NCBI GenBank assembly: GCA_965218295.1 | Contig: CBDCKN010000003.1 | Coordinates: forward strand, 384,001-448,000 | Reading direction: 5' to 3' | DNA length: 64,000 nt | Source of the DNA: Longimicrobiales bacterium | GTDB taxonomy: Bacteria; Gemmatimonadota; Gemmatimonadetes; Longimicrobiales; Gaopeijiaceae | Part shown: in pieces, positions 1-11,747 of the stretch | Layout of the letters: each line of letters begins with the position of its first letter | How positions within the stretch are numbered: the first letter of the stretch is position 1 | Notes under the pieces: generated by a model | Databases searched by the model: none | Told to the model about the DNA's origin: nothing | Seen by the model: the letters and a program-made list of their open reading frames with translations, nothing else | Made by a program: the position numbers and the translations under genes

Positions 1-968
<968 letters not shown>

Positions 969-990
969 ACGGCAGACACGAAGAGGAAGC

Positions 991-1596
991 ATGCGACCTT
1001 GGTCCCGAGCCACCGTCGGGGAGTACCGCCGACTAACCCTTCGTGCTCACAGCCTCCTGGCCGATGTGCCTCTACACGACGTCTGGCGAGTTGCGCTTCC
1101 GGGCGGGAATCCCTCGTGCACCATGCAGGATATTCGCTCCGTGTTACAAGCCGCGAGGAGGTCACAGCCTCTGAGCCCTCCGGTTCGTGCCCTCTTTGTG
1201 CTCCGCGGGTTACTGGGGCGCTTGTTTCGATGGGATAGTCCCTTGTCGGAGCCAGAGGTGTGGTCTTTTCGAACGCGGCTCACCGAGGCTGATCGCCAGC
1301 AGTCGATTGTCGAGCCGGGTACGCTCGATGGGCCGTTCGCCGTCCTGTACGTTCACACGACGGAAGCAGTCAGTGAGATCCGGAACGCGACGGTCCACGC
1401 CTTCCTAGTCTGGGCGCTGGAGCCAGCGCCGGATGGCTATCAGCTCTTCTGGGCGATTCACGTCCTCCCGGTCAGCGTCTGGACAAAGCCTTATATGGCG
1501 CTGATCGATCCTTTCCGCCGCTGGTTGGTGTACCCGTTGTTGTTGCGCCGCATCCATGAAGCGTGGTCCCGCGAGTTCAACAGCGCCTGCTACTGA
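991..1596 (+). CDS. DUF2867-like protein
   Basis: ATG 991 after AGAGG; LADVPLHDVW...EIRNATVHAFL...YMALIDPFRRWLVYP. The longer 814 start lies inside the IS110 end. Confidence 0.75.
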   Translation: MRPWSRATVGEYRRLTLRAHSLLADVPLHDVWRVALPGGNPSCTMQDIRSVLQAARRSQPLSPPVRALFVLRGLLGRLFRWDSPLSEPEVWSFRTRLTEADRQQSIVEPGTLDGPFAVLYVHTTEAVSEIRNATVHAFLVWALEPAPDGYQLFWAIHVLPVSVWTKPYMALIDPFRRWLVYPLLLRRIHEAWSREFNSACY

Positions 1597-1621
1597 CGCA
1601 ACGTGAGGGTCGCGTGCAAAC

Positions 1622-2257
1622 ATGACGAGCACTTTGACGAGAACTCGGGAAGAGCTCGCGAACAGTCTTAGCCATGGAGTTGGCCTCATGTGCGCCGTGG
1701 CGGCCACGCCGGTTCTCATCATCGGCGCCGTGAACCGTGGGGGCGCGGCCGGCGTGGTCGGCAGCAGCGTCTTCGGGGCGACGATGGTGCTGCTCTATCT
1801 GTCGTCCACTTGGTATCACGCTGTGCCGGAGGGCCGACTCAAGGACCGTCTTCACAAGTTCGACCATGCTGCGATCTACCTACTCATCGCCGGCACCTAC
1901 ACACCCTTCACTCTTGGTGTCCTGGGCGGGGCATGGGGATGGACCTTGTTCGGTATCGTGTGGGGCGCCGCCGCAGTCGGAGTGTCTGAGAAGCTGATCT
2001 CCGGAATTCGCTATCCTCGGCTGTCCACCGCCCTGTACCTGATCATGGGTTGGTCGGTCGTGATCGTGATTCGACCGTTGGTGCTCAATATGCCACCCCA
2101 GGGAGTAGCGTGGCTCGTTGCCGGGGGCCTCTCGTACACCGCAGGTGTGGTGTTCTATGTCGCCCGCCGCCTTCCGTATCACCACCTCATTTGGCATCTG
2201 TTCGTGCTGGCCGGCTCGACCTGCCACTTCTTCGCGGTCCTGTGGTACGCGGCATAA
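1622..2257 (+). CDS. Hemolysin III / PAQR (TrhA-like) membrane protein
   Basis: EELANSLSHG, SSTWYH, FDHAAIYLLIAGTYTPF, HLIWHLFVLAGS motifs. Confidence 0.95.
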   Translation: MTSTLTRTREELANSLSHGVGLMCAVAATPVLIIGAVNRGGAAGVVGSSVFGATMVLLYLSSTWYHAVPEGRLKDRLHKFDHAAIYLLIAGTYTPFTLGVLGGAWGWTLFGIVWGAAAVGVSEKLISGIRYPRLSTALYLIMGWSVVIVIRPLVLNMPPQGVAWLVAGGLSYTAGVVFYVARRLPYHHLIWHLFVLAGSTCHFFAVLWYAA

Positions 2258-2261
2258 GCGT

Positions 2262-2395
2262 GCCCCGAGAGCGCAGCGCGGTTGAGGTCAACCTGATGGG
2301 CGATGTCGCTTGGGCTCACTCGACCAGCGTTGCCCAGGGCCGAATGGGCGAGCGCGAGATCAATTCGCACGGTGCCGAGCTCGTGGTGTTGTACT
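2262..2395 (+). pseudogene. Fragment of an NTF2/SnoaL-like (DUF4440-type) gene
   Basis: VEVNLMGDVAWAHSTSVAQGRMGEREINSHGAELVVL, with no start and no proper end. Confidence 0.45.
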
Positions 2396-2622
2396 CCCTG
2401 AAGTCGATCCGCTCGGCGACTCGACCGTTCACGACCCGGAGCAAGTGACGAAGGGGATCGACACGGTTTCCGCGAGACCCCAGCCCTTCTGCATCGCGAC
2501 GATCGCATGGGATCCCTTCACGGGTCCGTCCGAGTAGCGTCCCTCGCGCTCGCCTTGCAGCCCCCGCCAAAAACGGACACTCTGGTCGCGCGCAGTAGCG
2601 CCACCCCGATCTCGAGGATGTC

Positions 2623-3027
2623 ATGTCGCCTGAGTTCCCCACGGAAGACGTCGAGCTCACGCACCTCCTCGTCGTCGCCGATGTCACACGGTCTTGCGCT
2701 TTCTACACCGACGTTCTTGGCGCCCGGCTGTTTCGGGAGTACGGTGGTACATCCGCCGTACTCCAGTTCCAGGGCAACTGGCTGCTACTTGTCACGGGAG
2801 GCGGGCCGACGGAGGACAAGCCCGACGTGGTCTTCGCTCCGCCGGACGACCCAAATCGGGTCAGTCATCAGCTCACGATGCGGGTTCCCGATTGTCGGGG
2901 CGCCTACGAGGTGCTGAAGTCTAGGGGCGCCGAATTCCTGGCGCCTCCAGTAGATCGGGGCGACGAGATCCGCTGTTTTTTTCGAGATCCGGATGGACAT
3001 CTCCTGGAGATCAGCGAGCTGACATGA
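2623..3027 (+). CDS. VOC/glyoxalase family protein
   Basis: LTHLLVVADVTRSCAFYTDVLG...FFRDPDGHLLEI. Confidence 0.93.
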   Translation: MSPEFPTEDVELTHLLVVADVTRSCAFYTDVLGARLFREYGGTSAVLQFQGNWLLLVTGGGPTEDKPDVVFAPPDDPNRVSHQLTMRVPDCRGAYEVLKSRGAEFLAPPVDRGDEIRCFFRDPDGHLLEISELT

Positions 3028-3543
3028 GGGTGTGCGCGTGCCGGAGATGACCGAGTGCGGTAACGGGGGCGCAGGTCGATCACGGGGACACCCGTGAGCT
3101 CCAACCCGAGGACGAAGTGATCGTGAGGGAGCGCTCGCTGAGTCCTAAGCTGCCTTCTCATCGTGGGAGGGCGCGCCCTTTTCACGGGGACCTGCCACTG
3201 CCGACAGGCCGCATCCCAAGGGTGGAGCGATGCCAAGCGCTTTTTTGAGCTACGCCAAGAGCGCCCGATCCAGAGTGGAGGTTCTTGGCGAGGATCTGAG
3301 CGGGCTGGGGTATGACGCGTGGTTCGATCAGTCGCTCGAGGGCGAACAGCACTGGTGGGACGAGATCCTCCACCAGATCCGGGAGTGCAACTGCTTCATC
3401 TTCTGCCTGACACGGGACTCCCTCGACTCCCAGGCCTGTCAGCTCGAGCTGGGATATGCCGTGGACCTCGGGAAGACCCTGCTCCCGGTACTCCTCGATG
3501 AAGACGTGCAGTCCAGCCTCTTGCCACCCAGCCTCACGCCCAT

Positions 3544-4921
3544 GAGCTAGGATCAAAGGGTGTGTAAAAAGAGAGGCGACGTACCTTTCCGCTGAGTAAT
3601 AACCAGCGAACTCCGGGTGACAGCCCGGGGGAAAGGAACGACGCCTCGTGAGGAAGAATACGGTGGGACCCGAGGGTGAGTCCAGGACGCCCGTGTGGGA
3701 AGTTCTGGAAGAAGTGGTTCGGGAGAAGGCGCAGGAGTTCATTCAACAGATCTTGGAGGAGGAAGTCACGGAGTTGCTAGGGCGAGAGAAGTCAGAGCGC
3801 AGGAGGGTGGTGGACGCGACCGAGGGCTACCGCAACGGATACGGCAAGCCGAGGCGGTTGGCGATGAGCTCGGGCACGATCACACTCCGACGCCCTCGGG
3901 TTCGGGGCGTCGAGGAGCGGTTCGAGAGTCGGGTGCTGCCGTTGTTCGCGAGGCGGACGAAGGAGCTGGGCGCTCTGCTTCCGGAGCTGTATCTGCACGG
4001 ACTGGCAGAGGGAGACTTCGAGCTGGCGATGCGGGGACTGCTAGGCGAGGGGGCACCGCTGTCGAAGTCTTCGATTCGGAGACTGCGGGCGGGATGGACG
4101 GCGGAGTTCGAGGAATGGAGCCAGCGTCGCCTGGAGGGCCGTGAGGTCGTCTACGTATGGGCGGACGGGATCTACGTGAAGGCAGGGCTCGAGCGGGACA
4201 AGGCGGCGCTACTGGTGGTGCTGGGCGCGATGCGAGACGGGACGAAGGAGGTGTTGGCCCTGAGATCGGGCTACCGAGAGTCGGTCGAGTCCTGGTCGGA
4301 GGTGTTGCGGGATCTGAAGGCACGCGGCATCGAGGCGCCCCGGCTTTTGATGGCGGACGGCAACGCGGCGATCTGGGGCGCAGTACGGCAGGTATGGCCT
4401 GAGGCGGGCGAGCAACGGTGCTGGAACCACAAGATGAGGAACGTGCTGGACCGACTACCTCAGCGGGAGCAGGGCGAGGCGAAGGATCTTCTCCGGGCCG
4501 TGGTCTACGCACCGAGCCGGGCCGAGGCCCTGAAGGCCCGCGAGGTGTTCGCCCGACGCTATAGGCCGTGGTATCCGAAAGCAGTGGACGTACTCGAGGA
4601 CGACTGGGAGCGGATGGTAGCGTTCTACGACTTCCCCGAGGACCACTGGAAGCATCTACGCACGACGAACGTGGTCGAGAGCCCGTTCGCCGCGGTACGG
4701 CTCAGGACGACAGCAGCGAAGCGGTTCAAGCGGGTCGAGAGCGCTACGGCGCTAATCTGGAAGTTGCTCTTGGTGGCTGAGAAGCGGTTCCGAAGGCTCG
4801 ACGCTCCTCACCTCCTCAAGGACGTATTTGAAGGAAGAAAGTTCGAAGACGGAAAGCCCGTCTCACACCAACAGCGGAAGAACGCCGCCTAATACGTTTA
4901 CACACCTATTGACCCAACCTC
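3544..4921 (+). mobile_element. IS256-family element, copy 1 (1378 bp)
   Basis: 25-bp imperfect IRs GAGCTAGGATCAAAGGGTGTGTAAA / GAGGTTGGGTCAATAGGTGTGTAAA; 8-bp TSD ACGCCCAT/GCGCCCAT (7/8). Confidence 0.97.
3648..4892 (+). CDS. IS256-family transposase
   Basis: GYRNGY, WADG, MADG, QRCWNH, LRTTNVVES motifs. Confidence 0.97.
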   Translation: MRKNTVGPEGESRTPVWEVLEEVVREKAQEFIQQILEEEVTELLGREKSERRRVVDATEGYRNGYGKPRRLAMSSGTITLRRPRVRGVEERFESRVLPLFARRTKELGALLPELYLHGLAEGDFELAMRGLLGEGAPLSKSSIRRLRAGWTAEFEEWSQRRLEGREVVYVWADGIYVKAGLERDKAALLVVLGAMRDGTKEVLALRSGYRESVESWSEVLRDLKARGIEAPRLLMADGNAAIWGAVRQVWPEAGEQRCWNHKMRNVLDRLPQREQGEAKDLLRAVVYAPSRAEALKAREVFARRYRPWYPKAVDVLEDDWERMVAFYDFPEDHWKHLRTTNVVESPFAAVRLRTTAAKRFKRVESATALIWKLLLVAEKRFRRLDAPHLLKDVFEGRKFEDGKPVSHQQRKNAA

Positions 4922-5513
4922 GCGCCCATCCAGCACATCGACTACACGTTGGCCGACAAGGCGGCCCTCACGGGCCTATCGCGGGCTCTGGCTGGGTTGC
5001 CGGACACGCCCGCCCTTCCCGCCTCGCTCCCCGAGCCCCCGGCCGTCCCGGTGTCCGAGCTCGGGCACGCGAAGACACGGATCGATGATGAAGCCTCACT
5101 GGACGCCGACGAGCAGGAGTCGCTGTTCTTCACGCTCAAGAGCCATCTCAAGGATCCGCAGGAGCGGAAGGCCGCACGACAGCTCCTCGCTTCGCTGAGA
5201 AAACGGAGAGATCTCCTGGCTTATCTGGCCGACGAGATCGACGATGCGTTAGCCGGCGCGCCTGCGGAGCCGGCCCCAGAGCGCCACCCTCCACCGTCTG
5301 GGGTGGCGGCGACGCAGATGCAGCGGCAGCCCCAGACGGCCGATACCATCGTTCCGATGCGGTTCGTCCCCGATCTGACTCTGGTCAAGCGAGCCTGGGG
5401 AAAGGTGCGTTGGACGGACCGGGTGGAGATGCCCACCGAGCCCCTGATGGACCTCGCGGCCGGGACGCGGTGAACGCCATCTGCGCTACGGAGAGTGCAG
5501 GGAGCAGAGGCTC

Positions 5514-6113
5514 GTGAGGTACGAGGTCGGAGGGCACGTCCCGCGCGTCGATCCGACGGCGGTGGTGGCGCCGACGGCAGTGCTCAGCGGCGACGTGACC
5601 ATGGCGGCTGGCGCCCATGTTTCGTTCGGTGCGGTCGTGATAGGCGAGGACGCACCGGTGGTGATAGGCCGGGACACCATCGTTCGGGAGAACGTCGTCA
5701 TTCGAAGCTCCCCCGGACACCCCGTCTCGATCGCGGAGCACGTCCTCGTCGGGGCGCACTCCGCTCTGTATGGGTGCCAAGTGGGTGAGGGCGCCTTCCT
5801 CGCCACCGGAGTGCGCATCTTCCACGGAGCGACCGTCGAGCCGGGAGCGGAGGTTCGCATCAACGGTGTGGTCCACGTTAATTTCAGGGTGCTCGCCGGA
5901 GCGACGGTTCCCATCGGATGGGTCGCGGTCGGCGATCCGGCGACGATCCTGCCCCCGGAAGCACACGACGACATCTGGGCGATCCAAAGGCACTTGGGCT
6001 TCCCGGAGACCGTCTATGGAGTCGACCGGGAGCCTGACGGCACCATCGACATGCGTAGGGTCACGTCTCGAGGCGTGGATCGCGGTCGAGCCGACTGGCG
6101 GCGTGTGGACTGA
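5514..6113 (+). CDS. Gamma carbonic anhydrase-like / hexapeptide-repeat protein
   Basis: PRVDPTAVVAPTAVLSGDV, left-handed beta-helix repeats. Confidence 0.88.
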   Translation: MRYEVGGHVPRVDPTAVVAPTAVLSGDVTMAAGAHVSFGAVVIGEDAPVVIGRDTIVRENVVIRSSPGHPVSIAEHVLVGAHSALYGCQVGEGAFLATGVRIFHGATVEPGAEVRINGVVHVNFRVLAGATVPIGWVAVGDPATILPPEAHDDIWAIQRHLGFPETVYGVDREPDGTIDMRRVTSRGVDRGRADWRRVD

Positions 6114-6168
6114 ATCCCAGCCCACGACGAAAAGAGTCACGATCGACATGGGTGAGCCGGGAGTGAAC

Positions 6169-6678
6169 ATGGACGCGTCGCTCGAGGTGCCTGACCGGCC
6201 TCCCATCGATCCCCGAGTCGACATCGGGCACGTGCATCTGAAGGTCGCCGACATCGACCGATCTCTGGGCTTCTACCGTGATGTCCTCGGATTCGAGCTG
6301 GTCCAGCGCACGGGTCCTGACTCCGCGTTCATCAGCGCCGGAGGCTATCATCACCACATCGGCCTCAACACGTGGGAGAGCCGGGGCGGCGAAGCACCAC
6401 CCCAAGGCTCCACCGGGCTCTACCATCTGGCGATCCGCTATCCGGACCGGCCTACCCTGGCCGACGCCTACCGTCGCCTCCTCGATGCCGGGATCCCGCT
6501 CGACGGGGCCGCGGATCACGGCGTCAGCGAAGCTCTGTATCTGAGCGACCCGGACGGCAACGGGGTGGAGCTCTACCGGGATCGACCCGCGGAGGAGTGG
6601 CCACGGGATCCCGACGGCGAGCTCACCATGTACACGCACCCCCTCGACCTAGACAGCCTGAGGCTCGAGGGTACGTAG
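6169..6678 (+). CDS. VOC family protein (catechol 2,3-dioxygenase CatE-like)
   Basis: IGHVHLKVAD, GGYHHHIGLNTW, GLYHLAI, DHGVSEALYLSDPDGNGVELY. Confidence 0.92.
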   Translation: MDASLEVPDRPPIDPRVDIGHVHLKVADIDRSLGFYRDVLGFELVQRTGPDSAFISAGGYHHHIGLNTWESRGGEAPPQGSTGLYHLAIRYPDRPTLADAYRRLLDAGIPLDGAADHGVSEALYLSDPDGNGVELYRDRPAEEWPRDPDGELTMYTHPLDLDSLRLEGT

Positions 6679-6861
6679 GCGTAGTGCCCGCCCGCACTGT
6701 GCCCACCGGGCTTCCGTCTGTAGCTTGGTTCCCCCCGCCGACCCCTTGTGGGTGGCATCGGGATTGGACGTGTGACCAGGAGAACTCCGATGTCCGACAA
6801 AGGGCCTTCTTCGTTCATCCCGAGTGGGTACAGGCCGTTCGCATGGTGAAGCCGTAGTCGC

Positions 6862-8073
6862 ATGCCGGTCCCATCCCTCCGCCTCGATCAGGTCGCGCGG
6901 CTCTGGCTCCACCGGCAGGGCATGTCGGAGCCACGTGGCTCCGCGAAGCTCGACAAGCGTGCGATCACGGAGCACCTCGAGCGGACTGGAGCGCTCCAGC
7001 TGGACACGATCAACGTGGTGGACCGGGCCCACTACCTGACGCTGTGGAGCCGCTTCGGCGCGTACGATCGCAAGCGTGTGGATCGCTGGGTCTATCGGGA
7101 CCGGGTCGGCTACGAGTACTGGGGACACGAAGCCTCGATCCTTCCCATCTCGCACCTCCCGCTGGGCCGGCGGCGCATGCGCCGCTTCCCACCGAAGAGC
7201 TGGAGCGGCAAGTCCTGGTGGAGCATGTACCGGACGTCGGCCGCGTCGAAGCGCCGCGTCCTGAAGCGTCTCCGGGACGAGGGTCCCCTGGAGAGCGTGG
7301 ATTTCGAACAGCAACCTACCGAGCGCGGGCAGCCCGCGCCGGGCGGAAGCATGCCGCTTCCCAAGGAGGACAAGCGGTCCCTCAAGCTTCTCTGGCACCA
7401 GGGGCGGGTGGGAATACGGACCCGTCGCCACTTCCGATGTGTGTACGACCTGGCCGAAAGGGTGTACCCCTCCGGATCTCCGGCCAGCGCCGCGGAGTTC
7501 GAGGACAGCTGGCTCTTTGTCGGTCTCTCGGGAAACGGAGTCGCCAGCGAGCGGCATCTGGTCAACTACTTCACCGCCCCTGACCTGGGGGCGGCGGACC
7601 GGAGGCGGGTGATCGCGCGAAACCTGAAGAAGGGACGAATCGTCGAGGTCCGCGTGGAGGGACAGGGAGGCCGGTTCTACGCGCTTCCCGAGCACCTCGA
7701 CGGGGTGGAGGGTCTCCCCGAGTCTGAGGGGACCACGCTCATCTGTCCCTTCGACTCATTGCTCTGGCAGAGAGAGCGCGCCGAGGAGCTCCTCGGCTTC
7801 CACTACCGTATCGAGATCTACGTGCCGGCCGCCAAACGGGTGTTCGGATACTACGTGCTGCCCATTCTCCATGACGGACGCCTCGTGGGGCGCCTGGACC
7901 CCAAGCTGCACCGGGAGCGCGGTGAGCTCGAGGTCAAAGCCATCCATCTGGAGGCCGGCTTCAAGCGAGACAGGTCATTCGACCGCGGGCTTGCACAGGC
8001 GTTGGAAAGCCTGGGCGAGCACGTGGGAGCCGACCGACTCGACCTCCCCAACGGCTGGCGGCAGATGGTGTAA
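6862..8073 (+). CDS. YcaQ/AlkZ-like HTH_42 DNA crosslink glycosylase
   Basis: LQLDTINVVDRAHYLTLWSR, EYWGHEAS, PFDSLLWQRER, YRIEIYVP...GYYVLPIL. Confidence 0.9.
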   Translation: MPVPSLRLDQVARLWLHRQGMSEPRGSAKLDKRAITEHLERTGALQLDTINVVDRAHYLTLWSRFGAYDRKRVDRWVYRDRVGYEYWGHEASILPISHLPLGRRRMRRFPPKSWSGKSWWSMYRTSAASKRRVLKRLRDEGPLESVDFEQQPTERGQPAPGGSMPLPKEDKRSLKLLWHQGRVGIRTRRHFRCVYDLAERVYPSGSPASAAEFEDSWLFVGLSGNGVASERHLVNYFTAPDLGAADRRRVIARNLKKGRIVEVRVEGQGGRFYALPEHLDGVEGLPESEGTTLICPFDSLLWQRERAEELLGFHYRIEIYVPAAKRVFGYYVLPILHDGRLVGRLDPKLHRERGELEVKAIHLEAGFKRDRSFDRGLAQALESLGEHVGADRLDLPNGWRQMV

Positions 8074-8085
8074 CTCGATCCGCGG

Positions 8086-9660
8086 TCAACCGAGGGACGT
8101 GGCCGGGTCGTCGGGAGGCGAGTCCTGAGCCCCCGTGAGTCGAGCCCGGAACTCGGATTCCCTCTCAGGGGACAGCGCCGTGAACAACGATACGGCAGGA
8201 ACCACAAGCAGCGGGACCATCGTAGTCACGTAGGCCGGATCGAGCCCTTCCCCGTGGCTAGTCAACAGAGAAACGAGCAGCCGAACCGGAGCGGACGCTC
8301 CTTCGGGCGCCTGGAGATCGATCCACAAGGCCCACTTGATCAACACGAACCAGAACCCTCCGGCACCATACCCGGCCAGCATCCCCCAATAGGCGCCCGG
8401 CTCCGTGGTACGGCGCCAGTAGAGCACGAAGGCCACGGAGATGGCGGCAGGGACCACCATGGCGAACGCGAACAGGAGCAGATCCAGTATGGAGACCCGG
8501 GTGCTCGTGGCGATCCACCACGCGATCAGCGCTGAGATCAGGGCATATCCCACCGTGACCGTCCGGTAGGCGCGGAGCCTTCGCGCTGACGAATAGGTGC
8601 TAGCTGAGGGGATCCAATCGCGAACGAACATGGTGGCGCTGGAGAGGAGGATCGGTCCACCCGACGAGATGACCGCTGCCAGGACGGCCGCCAGAGCGAT
8701 CCCGCCCATGACCGGACTGATCTCCGCGGCCAGGGTGGTGAGATTTCGGTAGCCGGCCAACCCGGAGTCGGTTCCGTAGCGGGCCACAGTGAGGATGCCG
8801 ATCAGCCCCGCGAGGACCGGCATGAGGGCGGCGATGGCGCCGCCAGCGATAAACGCCGGCGCGAGGCTCCGCTCGGACCGCGTCGCGGTGGAGTAGTTTG
8901 CGTAGATGGACGCGGCCGGTGAGTGGATCGTAGCCGAGAAGAACATGGCTAGAATCGCTATCCACCCCCCGCCCGCGAACCCCCACCAGGCCTCTCGGGC
9001 GCTGGACGACGAAGTGAGCTGTGCGTTCACCTGCTCGGTCACGGCGTCCCAGCCGCCAAACTCGCGCACGCCCAAGACCCCCACGGCCAGGAGGGAGGCC
9101 AGGATCACGATGCAATGGATGACGTTGGTGACCGCCGTGCCCCACAGACCGCCCAGAGACACGTACGTCGCCAGTACCAGGGCGGCGATGAGCGTGCCGT
9201 GCAGCATGGAGAGGGGAGTGAGGGAGCTGATGATCACGCCGATCACGTACGCCTCGATGACGTTGATGATGGCGTACTCGGTCTGCACGCACAGGCTGGT
9301 GAGCCACTGGCACCGCTTCGAGCCGAAGCGAATCGAGAACAGCTCCCCCACGGTTTGGAGCCCAAGTCGCCGGTAGTAGACCGCGAAGGCGAGACCCACC
9401 AGTACCAGAGCGGCGAACGAGCTGATCCCGTACCACCACATGTTCCAGACGCCGCCCGTCACGACATCCCCAGCCACCCCGTACGTCCCGGCTCCCCCGA
9501 TGCGCGCGCCCGCCAGCGCGAAGGCCACGAGTATTCCGGACATCCCGCCGCCGGCCACGGCCCAGTCGCTCGAGCCTCTGGATCGTCGGGCCATGAGGGC
9601 TCCGACGGCCGTGACCCCGACGAGGTAGAGAACGATGACGGTGACTGCAACGGTGTCCAC
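8086..9660 (-). CDS. Sodium:solute symporter family protein
   Basis: Multi-TM protein; DWAVAGG, YVSLGGLWG; GTG start 9660 after AAGGAG. Confidence 0.9.
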   Translation of the reverse strand: MDTVAVTVIVLYLVGVTAVGALMARRSRGSSDWAVAGGGMSGILVAFALAGARIGGAGTYGVAGDVVTGGVWNMWWYGISSFAALVLVGLAFAVYYRRLGLQTVGELFSIRFGSKRCQWLTSLCVQTEYAIINVIEAYVIGVIISSLTPLSMLHGTLIAALVLATYVSLGGLWGTAVTNVIHCIVILASLLAVGVLGVREFGGWDAVTEQVNAQLTSSSSAREAWWGFAGGGWIAILAMFFSATIHSPAASIYANYSTATRSERSLAPAFIAGGAIAALMPVLAGLIGILTVARYGTDSGLAGYRNLTTLAAEISPVMGGIALAAVLAAVISSGGPILLSSATMFVRDWIPSASTYSSARRLRAYRTVTVGYALISALIAWWIATSTRVSILDLLLFAFAMVVPAAISVAFVLYWRRTTEPGAYWGMLAGYGAGGFWFVLIKWALWIDLQAPEGASAPVRLLVSLLTSHGEGLDPAYVTTMVPLLVVPAVSLFTALSPERESEFRARLTGAQDSPPDDPATSLG

Positions 9661-9918
9661 TCGAACTCCTTTGGGGAGGATTCGCCCATTCGAGCGGGCG
9701 GAGAGTTCCTCGGCCCGGGAGCAGCGACTCGGGCGGGTTGGATAACCTTCGAGGAGTCGGTGTGCAACAGGCGTCCGCTCACCCCTGACGCGCAAGGCTA
9801 CACGCACCAGACGATAGAGCCGACGGATCGGCCGGGGTGTGGGACCCTCGGGCACCGTCGGGGTATTGGGTTGTCTCGGTGACACCCGCGTTCACTTGCC
9901 CTGAGGTACCGGTCGATC

Positions 9919-11731
9919 ATGTCTGAGCCTTCGCCACTTGAAGATTTTCCCTTCGGACCCGCCTGAGCCTGGCACGCCTCATCGACTTCTGGGAGCGCCA
10001 GGACGAGGATCCGAGCTCTCTGCATACGCCCCTTGCCCGGGTGATCGTCGAGAAGCTCGAAGAGGCTCCGGAGCTCCGAGGGATCATCGACGACCGCTCG
10101 CTGCTGGAGACACACCGGGAGCTCATCGACCTCATGATGACCGCTATGGTGCCGGCGGGTCAGCGTGACGACTACTACGCCGCAGCCATCGAGCCCTTCA
10201 ATACGCTCCCCTTCTACGAGTCGCCGGCATGGCGGCGCCTCGGGCTGGGCGACGCCAAGCGCTTCCAGGAGCGCATCAACATCCCGCCGGACCAGTTCGT
10301 CTTCGCGAAGCTCATGTGGGCCTACGAGTTTCTTCTCGGGAAGTGGTTGGGCGTCGAGGCGAATCTCCAGCACGCCCTCGTCATGACTGTACACGACGAG
10401 GATGTCGGGCTGGACAGACACTTTTCGTTGAACCCCGATCCTCGGTTCGTGTCGGTGAGGCTCGTTCACGACCTCGACAAGCCGTCCTCGGAGGACATCG
10501 CACGCCTGCTGGCCGAGCCGACCAACCTCGACCTGTGGACCGAGGTGCTCCCTCCGGACGCCTTCGAGTTCGATGGCATGACGATAATCACGGCGGTGGA
10601 CGTGACGCCCCACGAGGTGATGTCGCGGCTCAAGAACGACCTCATCGAGAAGGACTCGATGGCGTCGCCCGACAAGATAGATCGGCTCCAGCATCGCATC
10701 CGGAATCTCCTGGGTTGCCCGGAGCTCAGCCTCGGCCTGATCGCATTCGGGCCGACCTCAGCGACCAGCTCCAGCTGGCCCTGGACGTGATCAATGCCGC
10801 CGGGCAGATCCGACCGCTTCCCGCGCTGGAAGAAGTGGGATACCTGCTGGCGCGGCATCTCGACCGTATCGAAAGCGCACTCCGGTCGGCTGACGAGTCA
10901 GGCATCTTGGAGCTTCTTCGGCGTGACGTGGAGCCGCTCTTCGGACAACTCGAGACCTACGGGAGTGATGTGGCGGAGCGTGTGGCCGCCTATCGCGGGG
11001 CACTCGACGCGGACCTGAACATCGTCTATCGCCGCCGCAAGGACTTCGAAGAGAGCGTGGCGGCCTTGAACGAAGCCATCTCGATGACGCTGGACGCGGA
11101 GGAAGAGCGGGCCCAGGCCATGTTCCCCCACTTCTTCGAGAAATTCAGGACGGACGGCGTGGACCACAGCATATACGTCGGTCCTGCGCTGCACGAGGAC
11201 GGGCTTTTCGATGAGCTCTATCTGCGAAACCTCCGGATCTGGCAGCTCATGACGACCTGCCGGATCGAGTGGGAGCTCGCCCGCGTCAAGACCGACATGC
11301 CCATGCCCCTGGAGGCGACCCACCTGATCCTCGTCCAGCATCAGCCGCTGTCGATCCGGTTCCGCATCGACGAGAAGCGCTTCGACGTAGACGGGGCATA
11401 CGACATACGCTACGAGATCGTCAAGAAGCGGATCGACAAGGCCCGCATCCGCGGGACAAGCGAACGCGTGACTCAGCCGGGCCAGCTCGCCATCGTGTAC
11501 TCGACGGCCAGTGAGGCCGCTGAGTACAGGAGATACGTCGAGTTCCTTCAGAGCAAGGGCTACCTCGCCGCAGGGCTGGAGGAGCTGGAGCTGGAGGACC
11601 TCCCGGGCATCTCCGGTCTCAAGGCGCTGCGAGTCACAATCGCGAGCAAGGGCGAGGCCGATGAGTCGGCCCCGCCGGCTCGACCCTCGGTCAGGGAGAT
11701 CGAGACGGTCCTCACCGGAGACCAGGCCTAG
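9919..11731 (+). pseudogene. Degraded large conserved protein (GAF-containing family), with a frameshift near 9953 and an apparent internal deletion/frameshift near 10750
   Basis: Pieces in different frames: MSEPSPLEDFPF / RTRLSLARLIDFW...LSLGLIAF / ADLSDQLQLAL...FPHFFEKFRTDGVDH...RFDVDGAYDIRYEIVKKRIDKA. Confidence 0.75.
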
Positions 11732-11747
11732 GAGCCTGGCGCGGACC

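Larger units (their letters stand above)
3230..5473 (+). pseudogene. TIR-domain protein interrupted by IS256
   Basis: AFLSYA...WFDQSLEG...DSQACQLELGYA (TIR_2). Removing 3544-4929 restores an in-frame 285-aa ORF (LPPSLTPIQHIDYTLADK). Confidence 0.9.

Noticed and set aside
991..3027. Integron cassette array
   Set aside because: The genes are co-oriented and cassette-like, but I found no RYYYAAC...GTTRRRY attC after 1596, 2257 or 3027, and no intI.
9661..9918. Riboswitch upstream of the sodium:solute symporter
   Set aside because: No TPP/SAM/cobalamin/glycine consensus or terminator recognisable by eye.
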